From Camelus dromedarius (taxonomy: Eukaryota): a stretch of DNA of 64,000 bases. Position 1 is the stretch's first letter, and the number at the start of each line of letters is the position of its first letter. The stretch is taken from assembly GCF_036321535.1 (NCBI RefSeq), contig NC_087447.1, forward strand, positions 52,454,001-52,518,000, in the 5' to 3' direction. This document shows positions 1 to 13,645 of this stretch, piece by piece. The translations under genes were made by a program, and so were the position numbers. The notes beneath the pieces were generated by a model. The model was not told the DNA's origin. It searched no databases and worked only from the letters and a program-made list of their open reading frames with translations.

Positions 1-294
1 AGAACACCACTGCCCTGATCCTGAATCCAGGATCTCATTTTGAAGTGTTTTAGTCATCGTAAGTAAGATCACTGCTGCCAATTAAGATTAAGTCCTGACA
101 GGCAAAAACAGATACCTGTTATCTTGCATGCTTTTCCTTGAAGCAGATGACAGTGGTTGGGGACTAAGAAGCTCAACATGAACACAATCCACTGCACTGC
201 CCAGCCAGAGACCTGGGGATCGTGCTGTCACCACACTGCACCCAGAAGGAGCTCTGTGCCTGTGACTTTCCTTTAACCTTCTGCAGTTTATAAG

Positions 295-480
295 CTCAGA
301 CCTTAGAACAGGAAGGGGTCATAGAAGAAGCATCTGGTCTCAATGCTCCCTCTTATAAATGAAGATGCTGAAGTTCCAAAAGGGAAATGACAAATGCCTT
401 GCCCAAGGTTGCATGGCAAGTGAGTGGCAGAACCAGGCCTGGAACCCAGAGCTCCAGACTGCTAGCCTAGCGCTCTTTCA
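295..480 (-). mobile_element. MIR SINE fragment
   Basis: MIR core motifs such as ttgcccaaggt...gtggcagaaccagg...gaacccag. Confidence 0.65.
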
Positions 481-1340
481 ATGAGAAAGAGCCTCTGGTG
501 ACTTAAATTTCCAGAAAGTGCCTCCTGCCATACTGAGAACTATGTGATACGTGTAAGTGCCTTTCTGAACGCCTTTCAAATATACAGGTAATCTGGAGCT
601 GCTCACCTGAGGCTGACTGTTGTTCAGGGAGCAAGAGCCTAAGGTTCTGGTGGGAGCCGGTGGCTTTTGATGAATAACTCACCTTAGATATAAAACTAAT
701 TGCTTGAAGATGTCCTTAAGCATTTGTGGGGGACCCCAAAGATCGAGATGACTCTGTAAATAATTAGGCTGTTTCCCCCTACTGTCCCTAGGAAAAGTGG
801 TAGTAGGATATAAAGAGATTAGCACCAAAAAAACAGGCATTAATATTTCTTCCCCACACCCCAAGCCCTCCAGACTTATTTTGATGACAAAAAGCTGCTA
901 TTCATTTGTCCAGGAAGAACATGCCAGTAATTAGCTCATTTGGAGTGAAAATTAAAAAGCACAGGCTCAGCCAGAGAGGCAATGTGGTTTGACAAGTTAC
1001 AGGGCAGTCAGATTGTCTCTGCCTCCCATCCTCCATCCACAACTCATCTCTGAAGACTCTGTTCTGCATCACCCCCACTCTGAAGTGTTTCTAATCCCCT
1101 CCTCAAGGAAGAATGAGTTCTGCACCACTTGATGACCCACTGACCCTTACATATATCTATCCGTCCCCCTGATATGGCAATGCACTTGTTAATCTCCTCC
1201 ACTAGACGGTGAGACCTGTCCCAAGTGGCTGGCACAAAGGTAAGCATACAGCAGGTGTGCAGTAAATATTTGATCTGTTGAAGTAAAGTCAGAAGAAGTG
1301 GTACCCCAGGGGAGAAGGTGCATACCAGAGGAGGAATGGC

Positions 1341-1363
1341 GGGGGTGGGGGTGGGGGTGGGGG
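1341..1363 (+). repeat. (GGGGGT)4 G-run repeat
   Basis: Four G5 tracts separated by single T bases. Confidence 0.85.
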
Positions 1364-3044
1364 ATGAGTTGGGGATGGAAGTCTAAATACTGTTTTGGTG
1401 TTCAGAGTCTACCAAAGAAGGAAGGATGCTGCAATTTCCTGATCCCCTACTATGAACAAGGCACTTATGATCACAGGTTTAGTCCTCCTGACAAGCCTGT
1501 GAGTAAAGTATGACTGTTTTCCTTAGTTCACTGATAAGGAAAAGAAGGCTCAGAGTGCCACAATGACAGGGCACCAAAGCTTTCCTGGTCTATCAGACTG
1601 CCTCCCGCTGCACACACAACATACTTCCTGTGCTTCAGTAAAATTCCGATGATGCCCACGTGGACTGGTGGGAATTTGTCATATCAGAGCTTCAGCTCAG
1701 GCGGTTTTCACATCTAACAGACATTTAATCAGGGTAGCCGTTTCTGCTATCAGAGCACTAGAAGCTTATTCCGAAGTCTAAACAAACAAACCAACTGATT
1801 TGATTTGTGGACTTAAGATTTACAACGTTGTTTGGAAAGTCCTACAAGGATACAAATAAACCACCTTCTGCTAAGCTCTTAACGAACGGGCTTTAGTTTT
1901 TAAATTCCCTGAAATCAAGCCTCCTCCAGGAAACCTAGGATTTTGACATAATGGTTAACAAGGGGAGGCTACTTAGGGTATCGAAAACAATACAGGAGGA
2001 AGGGGGAGAGAAGAGCAGGGTAGGGTTACATGCTCCCTACCACTTCCTAGTGGAGTTTCAGTTTTCTTTACCTGTAAAATGGGGATAATAACATCCCAGT
2101 TCCATCAGGTTTATTCTGAGGATTTGGACATGAAATCAGTTATGTAAACTGCAAAGCAACATAGAGGCATTAGTTATTACAACTGGTGTGGAAATTTTGG
2201 CATTTTATGCACTTGTGAGCACAGGGTTTCCAAGAAGCTTTAATTATGTGCATTGAAAAAGTTAAAAATAAACACCACCGCCCTGAATAGAGTACAATGG
2301 CAGAGCTACACAAGAGTCAGTTTTTGAGTTCAACATCTTTCCTCTCCCACTGCCTGTGAGGGCTGAGAGGACCTTATAATTTGCAGCATAGTGTGACCCC
2401 AGATGCTACCTACCCTTGCACCTCACGAAGGCATAATCCTTGTTAACCTCCAGCCTTCAGAGGCACATACTGGAGATCTCACTCTCCTGGTAGATGTAAT
2501 TAGAGACATTTTTAGCTCTCTAGAAATTTCTTCAAAGAACAAAATGTTCTCAGGAAATCATAAACTATCATGTAGAAAATATTGTGAAAGTTTAATTCAA
2601 AAAATTGTTTTAAATGTTAGTGCTTTATGGGGCTTAAAAAAGCATCTCAAAAATTTTTTCGGAACACTGTTTCTGTTAACAGGCATTTCATTAAAAAGTT
2701 GTCTCTGGTCAAACAGGCCTGGAAAAGGCCTGATGGCAAGGTTAACACAGGACTGTGGGACTTGCCAGGACACGTGCCCTGCTGGCTCACAGCACGTCTC
2801 CAACAGCAGACCCAGCAGGTAGAGGTTTCCATATATGTTTGGGAATCTTTATTCCTCAGGGCACCTGGGGGACTAATTTTTTGCAGAACCAACTTTCAGA
2901 ACCTCTGATCTAAAACTGGTTTCCACACTGTGTTCAGCAGAACCCCAGAGGTTCCTGGAGGAGGTCACTGGAGTTAAGGCCCCTGCTGTAACCTGATTGT
3001 GTGTGGCCCTCCCTGGCCACCCTCCCTGCCAGTCAATATGGGGA

Positions 3045-3290
3045 AACCCTAGTGCCCCACGTGATGATATTGGAAGGTGGGACTTTTGGTAGGTGAGCAG
3101 CTCTTGAGGGTAGAGTTCGCATGAATGGGATTAGTGCTCAACCAGAAAGGGGGCTCTCCGCAGAACCTGACCCTGCTGGCACCTTGATCTTGGACTTCCA
3201 GCCTCCAGAACCACGAGCAGTACATTTCCATTCTTTATAAGCTACCCAGTTTATGGTATTTTGTTAAAGCAGCTTGAATGGACTGAGATA
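3045..3290 (+). mobile_element. MaLR solo LTR fragment (MLT1A-like)
   Basis: atgaatgggattagtgc; ctgctggcaccttgatcttggacttccagcctccagaac; 3' end ...atggactgagata. Confidence 0.8.
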
Positions 3291-3769
3291 GCCCCCTGGT
3301 TCTTAAAGAGCAGCCCCCCTAAACTGTGGGAAATCATTGCTCCGGAACAGACAAGGACATGGGGCTTTTCGGTTGGCCTACATCTACACGTTAACCTTCA
3401 GGCTACAACACTGCCTCCTCTGTTCTGAGCCAAGGGGTCTGGAGCAGGGTGACAAGATGAAGCCTGAATGCCAGTTCACTCCCTTCTTGACCTTAGACCA
3501 GGTATGTGACCTCTCCCAACCTCTTCTCAGCTCCACAGTGGCAATGGTGCTCCTCTTGCAGACTGTGTGCTGGCATGCAGCTGGTGCACAGCAGAAGCTC
3601 TAGAAACGACACCCAGGGCATCTAAAACATTCTTTTGTAGCTTTTAGCTTTCATGTTAAAAAGATTTCTCAGTTTACCATTAGTTATAGTCATTTGCACC
3701 CCACAGCTTTCTGTCACTCTACTGTGCCCGTGTAAGCTTTGTGTCTCTCTATCCTGCTTTGGTAATTCT

Positions 3770-4300
3770 TTCTGAAAACATTTTTGGTCAATTTTTCTTA
3801 CTACATAGTGATACGCATTCAATGCAGAAGACTTTCAAAATTCAGACAAGGGGGAAAAAAGAGAAAACAAAAACAAAAACAAAAAACAAAATGACCCATA
3901 ATTCTACCACTGGGAACTAGATTGTTAATATGTTCCTTTCCAACTTAAGCTCATCTGAGAAATGCCCATGCTTCCCGGGGTTATTCTTTGCTGTGTTGTC
4001 AAACTTATATTTACCAAAAATCACAAATCCTTCTTCTTCTTCTTTTGTATTAGTTAATTTGCATGCTTTTTATCTCCAAAATAATACTAGCATGTATTCA
4101 CATATTTGAATTCAAGCAATACAGAAGCAAGCCAAAAACAAACGCAAGTCTCACTTCACTCCTTCCCACCCCATCCCACTTGTCTCCTGAGAAAACCACT
4201 GTTGAATGTTGTATTCATACAGACATTTTCCTATTTATTTCCATATTATAGTAGTCGAAGTTTAAAAACATAAAAGATGGTCTTGCACTTACTGTTCTGC
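3770..4300 (-). mobile_element. Degraded old L1 (L1ME-like) fragments
   Basis: AT-rich sequence resembling ancient L1 3' UTR motifs. Weak similarity; boundaries uncertain. Confidence 0.35.
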
Positions 4301-4397
4301 TTCTCAACCCTCTTGAATCATCTTTTCAAAGCGTCTGGCCTTCAAACTAAACCTAGTATTTTCTCTGAAGTTTCTGAAATCAACTTTCTTAAAATTC

Positions 4398-4550
4398 TAG
4401 GGCAATGCTTCCCAACTTCAACATGTGGACGAACCACCTGGGGACCTCGTTAAAAAGCAGATTCTGATTCAGTGGGTGTGGACTGGGGCTGAGATTCTGC
4501 ATTTCTAACCAGCTCATGCTGTAGGTCCACACTGAGGAGCAAGGCTCCAG
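4398..4550. mobile_element. MER5A-like hAT DNA transposon relic
   Basis: gcagattctgattcagtggg...ggggctgagattctgcatttctaaccagctc. Confidence 0.75.
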
Positions 4551-6129
4551 GAGAGCTAAGTGTCCAAGTCCTGTATTCGTCTCCTTGGTGTGTAAAAACT
4601 GCAAGGTGGCTATGTTCTCCCACGTATCACACACCCCTGCATCACCAGCTTTCCTTGACTGGCCAGAATTAAGCCCAGTGCGTGAATCTCCCTCAAGGTT
4701 TGGGGTAACTGGTGGTAGGGCGTTCTGGGGATCTAGGCCCCACAATAAAAGGAAACTCAGGGTTCAGACCTCTCTGCAGGTAAGTAATAGCGAGAGGAGT
4801 GGAAGACATAATAACCAGAGGGCCAAACCTCCGAAAGGCAAGGCATGAACGCTTGACAAAAAAAAAAAAAAAAAAAAAAACAACCCAAGGGGAGCAGAAG
4901 TGAGGGGGTTTGAACCTCAAAGGAGGAAAGAACCCCAAAGAGCCACAATGGGATTCAGATACCCAAATTGGGCTGAAGTGGTCAAGCACTTTTCAGTAAT
5001 GGAGTTTAGTGGTGGATGGAGCCTGAGGAAGTGAGATGGGAGAGACAGTGAAAGCATCCTGTCCCTGCTCTTGTGCTACCTGTTACCTGGCTTCAGGTGT
5101 GGCTCCTGTAGGAGGCTCTCCTGCCATCGGCTGCTGCACATACAAAGGAGCCCTCAACGACATGGCCAATTCCACCCAGCGTGGTTCTTAAATGACACCC
5201 TCCTGGCAATTCATAGTGACCTCAACACTGGGTTGGGGGTGGGGCAGTGCCTTAGGAGTTAACCAGATGTCCAGGCTCCTCACCAGCCTAGGAGGTCTCA
5301 TGAGAATTTCCCTGTAGCCACTATCTTCTTAGAACCAAAGACCTGGGCTTTATGCTTCGTTAGTGACTGTATGAGAACCTGGAAAGTACACTGCTTAGTT
5401 TCTATAGTTAAGCACACCATTTTTCATTTTGCTACATTTTTTAAGCTATTGGCTACCAGAGAATAGCTTAGTCCAAACCGTCTAGGAAAAACTTTTCCCT
5501 GATTGACCACCACGTCTCAAATTTTCTTCACTGATGTGAGAGACTTTTCTCCAGGATTTGTATGTAAATACCATTCCTCCCAAATAACTGAAACCTGCCC
5601 AAGAAAGCCAGTGGACACTTACTGGCACAGTTTGCATTCAAATCCATCAGGATATCCAAAGCAAAGAATGCAAGGGTCAAGGGAGCTAAATGTGTATTTC
5701 TAATACATCTTTCATGAGTTTGACCTGCATGAGAACCATCAGGAAGGTTCAGTTCTTTCCTAATCACATCAGGACAACGGTGTTAGAAAATGACTCCTAT
5801 GGTGAGACAAAGCAGAAGGTCTGAGAAGGAGTGTTCGAGAGTCAGCCTCAAGGCTAACTTTTATGGAGCATGCCTTTCTTTTATGGGGCACCTCCAAGAA
5901 AATGTAACAGAAATGGATGGTCAAACCACCCCAACCAGAGATCCTGAGAGACCCAAAGTTGGGCAAAGGAAGCTAGGGACCACCATCATCTGGGACCTTT
6001 GTTCTACTCATCTTTGTATTCCTGCATCTAGACCAGGGCCCGCCTGGAGAAGGTACTGCACACAATTATTTCCCTTTCATGAGTAAATGAATGGATACAT
6101 GAATGGCAGAATGAATGATCAAGTCTGAG

Positions 6130-6420
6130 TCAATAACCCAAGACCCCTTATTCAGCCCCAGGTGTTCAGTAATCACCTCGACTTAGATGTCCCCCAGGTG
6201 CTTCAAATTCATCATCTCTCAATTCCAAGCCATCAAGCACTATCTCTCTCCCTTCAAACTGCTCCTTTGGGGCTCTGGAGTTCTGATGCCATCTTGGACT
6301 ATCTGAACTGTTCTTTCTCGCCTTCTTCATCGACAAAACTTGCAGTGCAAATATTACCTCCTCTCCGATGCTTTCCCTGGACTTCTTACCTGCCCTTCCT
6401 CACTTAAACATTGATTGGAC
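6130..6420 (+). mobile_element. L2 LINE fragment
   Basis: acttagatgtcccccaggtgcttcaaattca and a pyrimidine-rich L2-like continuation. Confidence 0.45.
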
Positions 6421-6799
6421 TCTGAGGTGATGTCTGCCAAGGACTTTTCGTAAACTGAGAAGAGGAGGCTGAGCCGAACACACAGGCAGCTGAGCCTCTC
6501 TGAGCTCTATCTCAGTCAGAAAAAGGAAGCACCTTTTGCCCTTTCAGCTTATTTCCTCCTGCTGCTTTTCTAGATACAGTAAAACAGAACCCTATTCAAG
6601 AGAAGCAGAGATGGCCAAGAAATAGCCACTCACTACAGGTGTCATGAGTTCAAATCCTGCCTTGTACAGGATTTTAACTTAGCAGTTAGGATACAGGAAG
6701 CCCAGCCTTACACAGAAAAAGTCAGAAAAGAGGGAAGATACTTTCTGGTGACTGTTCTGTTTTCAGGATTCACCATGGAAAAGTAAGGTGTGAACCTTC

Positions 6800-7270
6800 T
6801 GATGGAGTCCTCAGACTGCCCCAAGACCACCAGGATGGCAGCTGTAGTTGTAAAACAGGTGTATACAACCTGCTGAATGCACCCCAGGGTTACCTCAGCT
6901 TGGGAGGGGCCTCTGGCAGGGTCTGGGCTTGTGCTGGATGATTTTAAAGAGGAGTCAGAGAAGCAGAGCTAGTTCTGGGCTGAAGACGCTCAAGTAGGAG
7001 GGACAATGAAGTGAGCGAGCATTTTTATTTCGAGGTGGAAGAATTAAAGCCAGGCGAGAGCTGACAGTAGGTAAAGCAGCAGCACTCACTCTGAGAGGGG
7101 CAACGGCTGTCAGGACAGAGGATGTCCGGTCACTTCTGTGGTCACATACTAGCTATGCTTATGCCCTAAACATGGTCACAGAGAGGGTCTGCCTATGTCT
7201 TGTTCAGAGCATTGCTTCTGTCTGTTGGGACTATCACAGTCTGGTTGACAGTAGGGCTGTTTGTCACTTT
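6800..7270. mobile_element. Ancient ERV LTR (LTR78-like)
   Basis: Resembles the recalled LTR78 motifs gggtctgggcttgtg...ggtaaagcagcagcactcac. Confidence 0.4.
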
Positions 7271-7289
7271 CTGTGTCTTTTCTATGAAG

Positions 7290-7530
7290 CTTATTTTATG
7301 CCAGGGGCTTATTTAATGCCAGACACTGCACTAATCACTCTGTAAATGTCAATTCATTTATTCTTCACAACATAACTTGATGAGAGAGGTAGGCATTGTA
7401 ACCATTTCACAAGATGAGAAAGGCTTAAAGATGTTAGTAACATTCGCACAGTCACAAAGACAAGTAAATGTCAGAACCAGAACCTGAATTCACATCTGAC
7501 CAACTCTAAATCCTGTGCTTTTACTGTCTA
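7290..7530 (-). mobile_element. MIR SINE
   Basis: tgccagacactgcactaa...cattttac-like core...gtcacaaag...cagaaccagaacctgaattca. Confidence 0.65.
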
Positions 7531-7676
7531 CATAAATGCTGTCTCCATCTCAACACTACAGTGTCTACTCCATTCATTCATTTGAATATTATTGAACCCA
7601 TGGTGGCCATTGATGACTTGGGTACAAGATTTGTTCCTTGTCCCCACAGAGCTGAAAAAAAGACTCTTGATTTTAG

Positions 7677-7885
7677 AGCTGTGCTGTCCAACATGGTAGC
7701 CACTAACTTCATATGGCTATTTAAATTTAGATTTTAAATTAACTAAAATGAAAAATTCACTTCCTGCTTTGTATGAGCTCCATTTCAAGTGCTGGACAAC
7801 CACACGTGGCTCATGGCTACCTCGAGGACAGTGAAGATACAGAACACCTCCACGACAGCAGAAAGTTCTCTCGGACAGCGCAGCT
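7677..7885. mobile_element. MER3/MER33-like hAT relic
   Basis: gtgctgtccaacatggtagccacta...catttcaagtgct...cacgtggctcatggctac...ggacagcgc, with inverted ends. Confidence 0.75.
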
Positions 7886-10004
7886 CTAGAGTGGGTGGGT
7901 GCCCCTTGAGTCTAGCTTAAACAGTTGTACCTGCTTTTTAAATCCTGTCTCCTTTGCTCTAGTTTCTACCTAGGCAAAGAAACAACGATCAAACCCTATC
8001 AAGAGCCAGTGTGTTTTCTGAGTCCCAGTGTTTGTCTGTTCTTGTTGCTCTGCTGAGTCATAACCACTTGCCTTACAGCCCCCAAAGGGTTTTGGAGCTG
8101 TGATGATGGCAGAGTGAATGCCACAGAACAGAGGACCAACCCCAGCCTGACATTTCCTGTGCATCAGCAGAACTGTCAGCCCGGCTCAGATTTTAGGATC
8201 GTTACTGCTCAGGAAGCTGTGAGAAGCAAAGAGAAGCCAGCTTGACTTTTAAACTCTGGAAGCAAGGAGAGAAAACATCTTTTGACTCGGAAATTGAACC
8301 AATTTGGATGTGGACGCCACAGGGAATGAGTGTGTAAGGTCCCTGGCAGAGCGCCTTCACAGAAAAGAACTCCATTTACCAGCGGGTGGGCGGGAGCAGA
8401 CTCCCTGAGATGGAGACGCAGGCCCCCACACTTTTGGTTCAGTTTCTGTAGTAAGTCCATGGCCAGGCAGAGCAAGCAGAACCTTACTCCCTTTGTTCTA
8501 ACCTAATCCAGCAAGCCTTTTCTGAGGACTGAGTGCAGGCCCAGTGTGAGAGGCCAAAAAGACCAGGAAGGCAAAATCTCTCTTCTGGGGTGAAAAGTCT
8601 AGACAGAGCCTTTTGGGACAAAGAGATCATTTTGTGCTTGGCGGCCCACGGCCCCTTCAGAAGCAGGCAGCTTGCCCAGGACTTCCAGGCCTTGGTGGCC
8701 GAGGTGTATATTACATGACTATGCCCTGCCTGACTCCACCCACTCATCCTATGGCTTGACATGTGATGATGGGCTCAGCCAATCAGGTTCTTTCTCTCAG
8801 AAATTGAACCTGGAAGCAGGAAATGCCTCATCAAGAAACAAGAAGAAGCCAAAATGCGCCAATCACCCTTAGAGGATGATAGGGTCAGGTAAAGACTTAC
8901 TATCTGCACCTCGAACGCAGAACCTCCAGCTAGTTCCAGTCCAGTCCAAGCCAGGCTGGTTTGGCACCTGCTTTCGATTTCCATGCCAGCTGCATTATCA
9001 GTCCCTTCTTTAAATCCCCTGAGGTAGCATGAATGCATCCCTGTGCTTTGTCTCTGAAAGACGTGTCACTCATTCTGGGACAGGAGAAGGTTTAGGTGGG
9101 TAATGTGGGGATACAAGGGGAATCATGTTCCAAGTGCCTACTATGTGCCCGGCAGTGTCTGAAGTGCTCCTACATAAGAGGTCAGATGTTGTACTCACAG
9201 CAGCCCTGCCACCCAGGCCCAGTCACCATCCCATTTCACAGGTGAGGAGCCAAGCTCCTCGAGATCAGCTCTCATTGTCCCCAGCTGTTTTTAGGTTGCC
9301 TGCTTGTAAGAAGCTTTTCTCATTCTAGCTGCTCAGAAAAAGTCAAAATTACAGTGAGCAGGAAGTTGGAAAGTGACTTTGCCTTTCAGAGCCACAGTGT
9401 CTTTTCCTATAAAATGGGAACAATTATGTTGCCCGAAAAGAGTTGTATGGAATTGGTGAGATACAGAGAGGAAAATATGTTGAACATACAAAGAAAATGC
9501 TCCATCTCAACCAGTAGTCCCCTCTCCTCCTCCTTCGTCTATGCCTTTGTCCAGCCCCCAGGACCTGCCAGCCTCTGGCCTCTTGCCTCCTGCCTCCTTA
9601 CTGCATCCGCCCAGCAACCTGCTTCACGGGCTGGATCCAGTCCCAGACTACTTGGCTGAGGCCTGGTGTTCACTGCACTTATTATTCCAGGCACCCTGTG
9701 ATTTACTTTTCTAGTGAGTTAATTGCAAAATCCATATGGAGCGGAGAGAAAACATCAACCCAAGCTTGCCATGAAAAGCAGGGGAACAGAGGAAGCTTTC
9801 CATCTCAGCCAGCGCAGCCGGGGAAGGCAGGAGGGCAGGAAGATGTTATGACACTTGCACTTGGTGTACAGCAGGCCAGATCCACCAAGCTGAGGGGGAG
9901 GCACATGGTGTTCAGGGCCTGGTTATTTCTCCTTTGGTTTTTCTCTCACACCTTCAGACAAAGATCTAAGTTTTAGAAACCCACTCTGTGCGTAATGTGT
10001 AGGG

Positions 10005-10185
10005 TATCAAATCTAGGTACGCATAAGAAGAACTCAGGAAGATTATTTAAAATGCAGACTGTCAAGCATCTCTCTCCAGAGTTTCATCCAATAAGTGTGG
10101 GATGGGTCCCTGATGGGGCTCCAGAATTTATACCCTTGCATGTGCCTAATGCAGGGAATCTGCAGACCAAAGTTAAGAAGCAATG
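10005..10185. mobile_element. MER5-like relic
   Basis: ttaaaatgcagact...gtgggatgggtccc...cagaccaaagttaagaagcaatg. Confidence 0.5.
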
Positions 10186-10194
10186 ATGCAAAGG

Positions 10195-10410
10195 AAAGGT
10201 CAGTGGTCCTGGAGTTAGAAGAACTTAAGGTTGGTTCCTGGTTCTCTTACCAGCTGTGTCCTTGGGCAAATCACTTTCTCTCTATGGCCTCAGTTTTCTT
10301 CTCTCAAGTAGGAATGAGAGTACCTACCTCACAGGATCACTGAGAGAATAAAGTAACAGATATTGAAAGCCTTTAACACAACCCTTGGCACACTGAGGCA
10401 CTCAAAAAAT
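10195..10410 (+). mobile_element. MIR SINE
   Basis: cagctgtgtccttgggcaaatcactt...cctcagttttc...gtacctacctcacagg. Confidence 0.8.
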
Positions 10411-11099
10411 CAAAGAAACAGTTTGCTTTTCTTTCCTGGAAAAGGTTCTCCTTAAAACTGGCCTGAGGCATCTTTGCTCCTGAATGTTAATACATTTCTG
10501 TATCAGTTTACAATCTCGAACTTCCAAAGAGGGGACTTTGAGGGAAGCCAGCTCTTGTTTTGAAAGCATTTTGAAGATGAAAAGGTGTCAAATCCTCCAG
10601 GGACTTGGCTGATGGAAGTTAAAACAAATGTTTATTTTAATTTAGTGAGTTATAGTTTATTAAAGGCTTTTGGAAAATGGAAGTACTATTTATTTTCTCA
10701 CAAGGGACCGAACAGTTTTGAATAGTCTGTGGTTAATTCATTCATTTGTTCAAGAAACACTGATTAAGCACCTGGGTGCCAGGCCAGATGAACAATTGCT
10801 GGCCCTCTGGGGACTCAGGGTTTGAACAGTGACAACTTGGCAGAGACCACAACGGGGGCTGCAGAAGCCCCGGGAGCAGTGACTTCCCCCAACCTAAGGA
10901 ACTGGGTCTTGGGAAGCTGATCAGCTGGAAATGAGACTCCATTTTGAAAGCACCTGGGTTGAAACACAATTTAAAAAGCAATTCTGGTACCCACAGAGGG
11001 GCAATTTGAGATCCCTGGAGGGAAAGAGCTATTCTTGGCTGAAGTCACCCACACACCTCTACCATCTTAGACACTCCAAGGGGTCAGCAGACTCTCTCC

Positions 11100-11530
11100 T
11101 AACTTCAAGCCCTAACACGCAAGTGTTTCATGGATGTCTTGATTCAGAGATTCACAGGCACCTCAGACTCAACGATGTCTGACACTCAGGTTGTTATCTT
11201 TCTCCACAAATGTGCTCTGGCATTTCCACACTCATCCACACCACTAATCAAAAACAAGGTCACCAGCCTGTATCCATTTCCTTTCCCACAGCCCACATTT
11301 ATTTAGTTGCCAAATTTTATTAGCTCTGCCACCTAAGTACCTCTTAAATCTGACCCCATGACCACTGCACTGATTTTGGGTGCCACCATCTGTCTCTCAC
11401 TCTCTTCCTTCAGGTGGCACCCAGGGTGACCATTCCAAAAGCACACAGAGGGTGGATCACATGTCTTCCTGGGTAAAGCCCTTCAGTGGCTTTTCCTCCT
11501 CTACAGATGCTGCCCAAGGCCCTGCTTATC
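11100..11530 (+). mobile_element. L2 LINE fragment
   Basis: cacaggcacctcagactcaacgatgtc...ggatcacatgtc...aaagcccttcagtggctt. Confidence 0.6.
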
Positions 11531-13446
11531 CAGATTCACCTCTTGGCACACAAGCCACCCCAATACCCTTCAGCAGTCATACAGCACATGCACATGTGAG
11601 TGGGCCACGCGTTTCCCGGCTCATCTGCCAGCTCCCCCACCTCAGCCCTGGAAGATTCCAGGGAACGGCTCCCTCCTCTCAGATGTCAGATCACATCACA
11701 TCTCCTCTCCAACACATGCCTGATTTCCCTGGGCTGTTAGTTCTGTGTACTCGTTTCCTCCGCTGGATGGAAATGTCTCAAGGGCAGGCATTCAGCTGTG
11801 TTCAAACCCCAGCCCTTCACGTGCTAAGCTGTGTAGGGGCTTCTGGTGCTCAGCCTGCTGGTTCTCTTCTGTTTCTGGGCACGTGGGAGGAGCATACTTC
11901 CCTGCTCCCTTGCAGTTAGGTGGGGCTACAGGACTCAGGCAGGCCCACGGGCTGCGAGAAGCAGCCGAGAGGGCCATTCACCCCAGACAGTGCAGCTGCA
12001 AGACGGCAGAGCCTCTATCAGCCTGGGCCCGGGATGGGCTCTGTGAAGAAACCCTTCCCCCGGGACCCCGGACACACGCTGAGTACCTAAGTGTGAGAAA
12101 CAGACCACTGAGATATTAGGTTGTTTGTTACTGTGACTTAAAGTAACGTGTGTTGGCTACCACAGCAATCTTCTTTCTGTCTGTAACCAGTGTAATGGGG
12201 CCTGGAAGGATCAGGTTCTCCATACCCGTTTGGTGAACGAATGAAAGCAGGAATGGGTGAATGAGCAAAGCGGCCTAGGGAAAAGAACGTGGGCTCTGGC
12301 GTCAGAAGGAAGCAGCCTGTAATAACCACCTCCACATCCCTCTCTCCCCCATACCAGTGCATTGGTCTGCATCGCCACTTGGTTCCAGAGGCAGGATTTA
12401 ACCTTTGATTCCTCTCTCTGAAGTATCTCTGTACTGATGCCAAGCAAAACCACCTGCAGATCCCAGCTTATGCCTCAGTGTCTGCAGGAAGGGCACTGGT
12501 GACATATTTTTGCCAGTTTTCCACCAATCCATAATCCCACTGTCTTTGAACTTCATGCTTCCCGGGTTACATCTGGACTCGGCCCCCAAAATGGGGATTC
12601 CTGAGCTTCCTGAACCAAACAAAGGCTTCTAATTCTAACACTCCCCACCGCCACACCCCAGCCAGGTTAAAGAATGGCCTCATGGGACCAAATAGCTTTT
12701 TCACATGTCGGGAAAATATTCAGTAATTATCCTTAAGTCTTTCACTACGTTCCGGCTAAGCAGATCTGGATTGATTCTACATATTTTCAGAAATAAACAC
12801 AAACATAAAGAACGTCCTTCCAAAGTCACAGGCCCCTGAAATTACTGCTTAGCAAGACATTTATATAAACATCTAGCAAGAAGCGTGTAGCTAGTCAGAT
12901 TAGAACGATCAGCATGCTGGCAGTGTGAGGATGGAGCAGGGCGGGGAGGAGGGTGGGGAAGGCAAGGAGCCTGAGGAGGAGAGACGGTAGGGCCCTCGAC
13001 CCATGGAGGCTGGGGAGGAATTCAACTTGGCAATGTCTGGTTTGCCATCCACATAGGCTTTTCAGCCTCTAGCTGTGTTGTTCTTAAGTTAGCTGGTGAG
13101 CGCCAGGCCTGAAACTGGGCGGAAGCACGTGGCTCTGGCAATGGGACGGGCCTGTAGCAGACAGGCTCGGGTTCACGTCCTATTCGGCCACTGGGAGTTC
13201 TGTGACCTTGGGCAAGTCCTGGCCTCTGTGACTCTTAGTTTGCTCACATGAAAAAACAGGGGCCAAGACAGCGACTTCCCAGGGTTTGGAGGGTTACACA
13301 GATTGCCATTATAGCAGGAAGCACCAATCTACAGTGTATCTGTCTGCATCCCCTAATCCCAAACATTCTTGTCCTCCGGGCCTGATTGTGCTGGTGCCCT
13401 CAATAGATGTGCACTGAAGGAATGGATGAATGGGGTGCTCTAGTTT

Positions 13447-13645
13447 GTTTTTTTTTTAATTATAGAAAAACATAAAATTTATCATTTTAACCACTTTAAA
13501 GTGTACAATTCAGTCAGTGGCAATCTGTACATTCCCAGTTTTGTGTCACCATCACTGCTATCTATGAGAACATTTTCATCACATGTCACTCCCCCAAAAT
13601 ACTCTGTACCCATTAAGCAGTCACTCCCTTTCCCACCTCCTATGG
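13447..13645 (-). mobile_element. L1MB-like 3' end fragment
   Basis: Poly-T tail followed by cataaaatttatcattttaaccactttaaagtgtacaattcagt...cccattaagcagtcactccc. Confidence 0.75.

Noticed and set aside
4858..4880. Poly-A run as the tail of a processed pseudogene
   Set aside because: No TSD or recognisable upstream coding remnant was seen.
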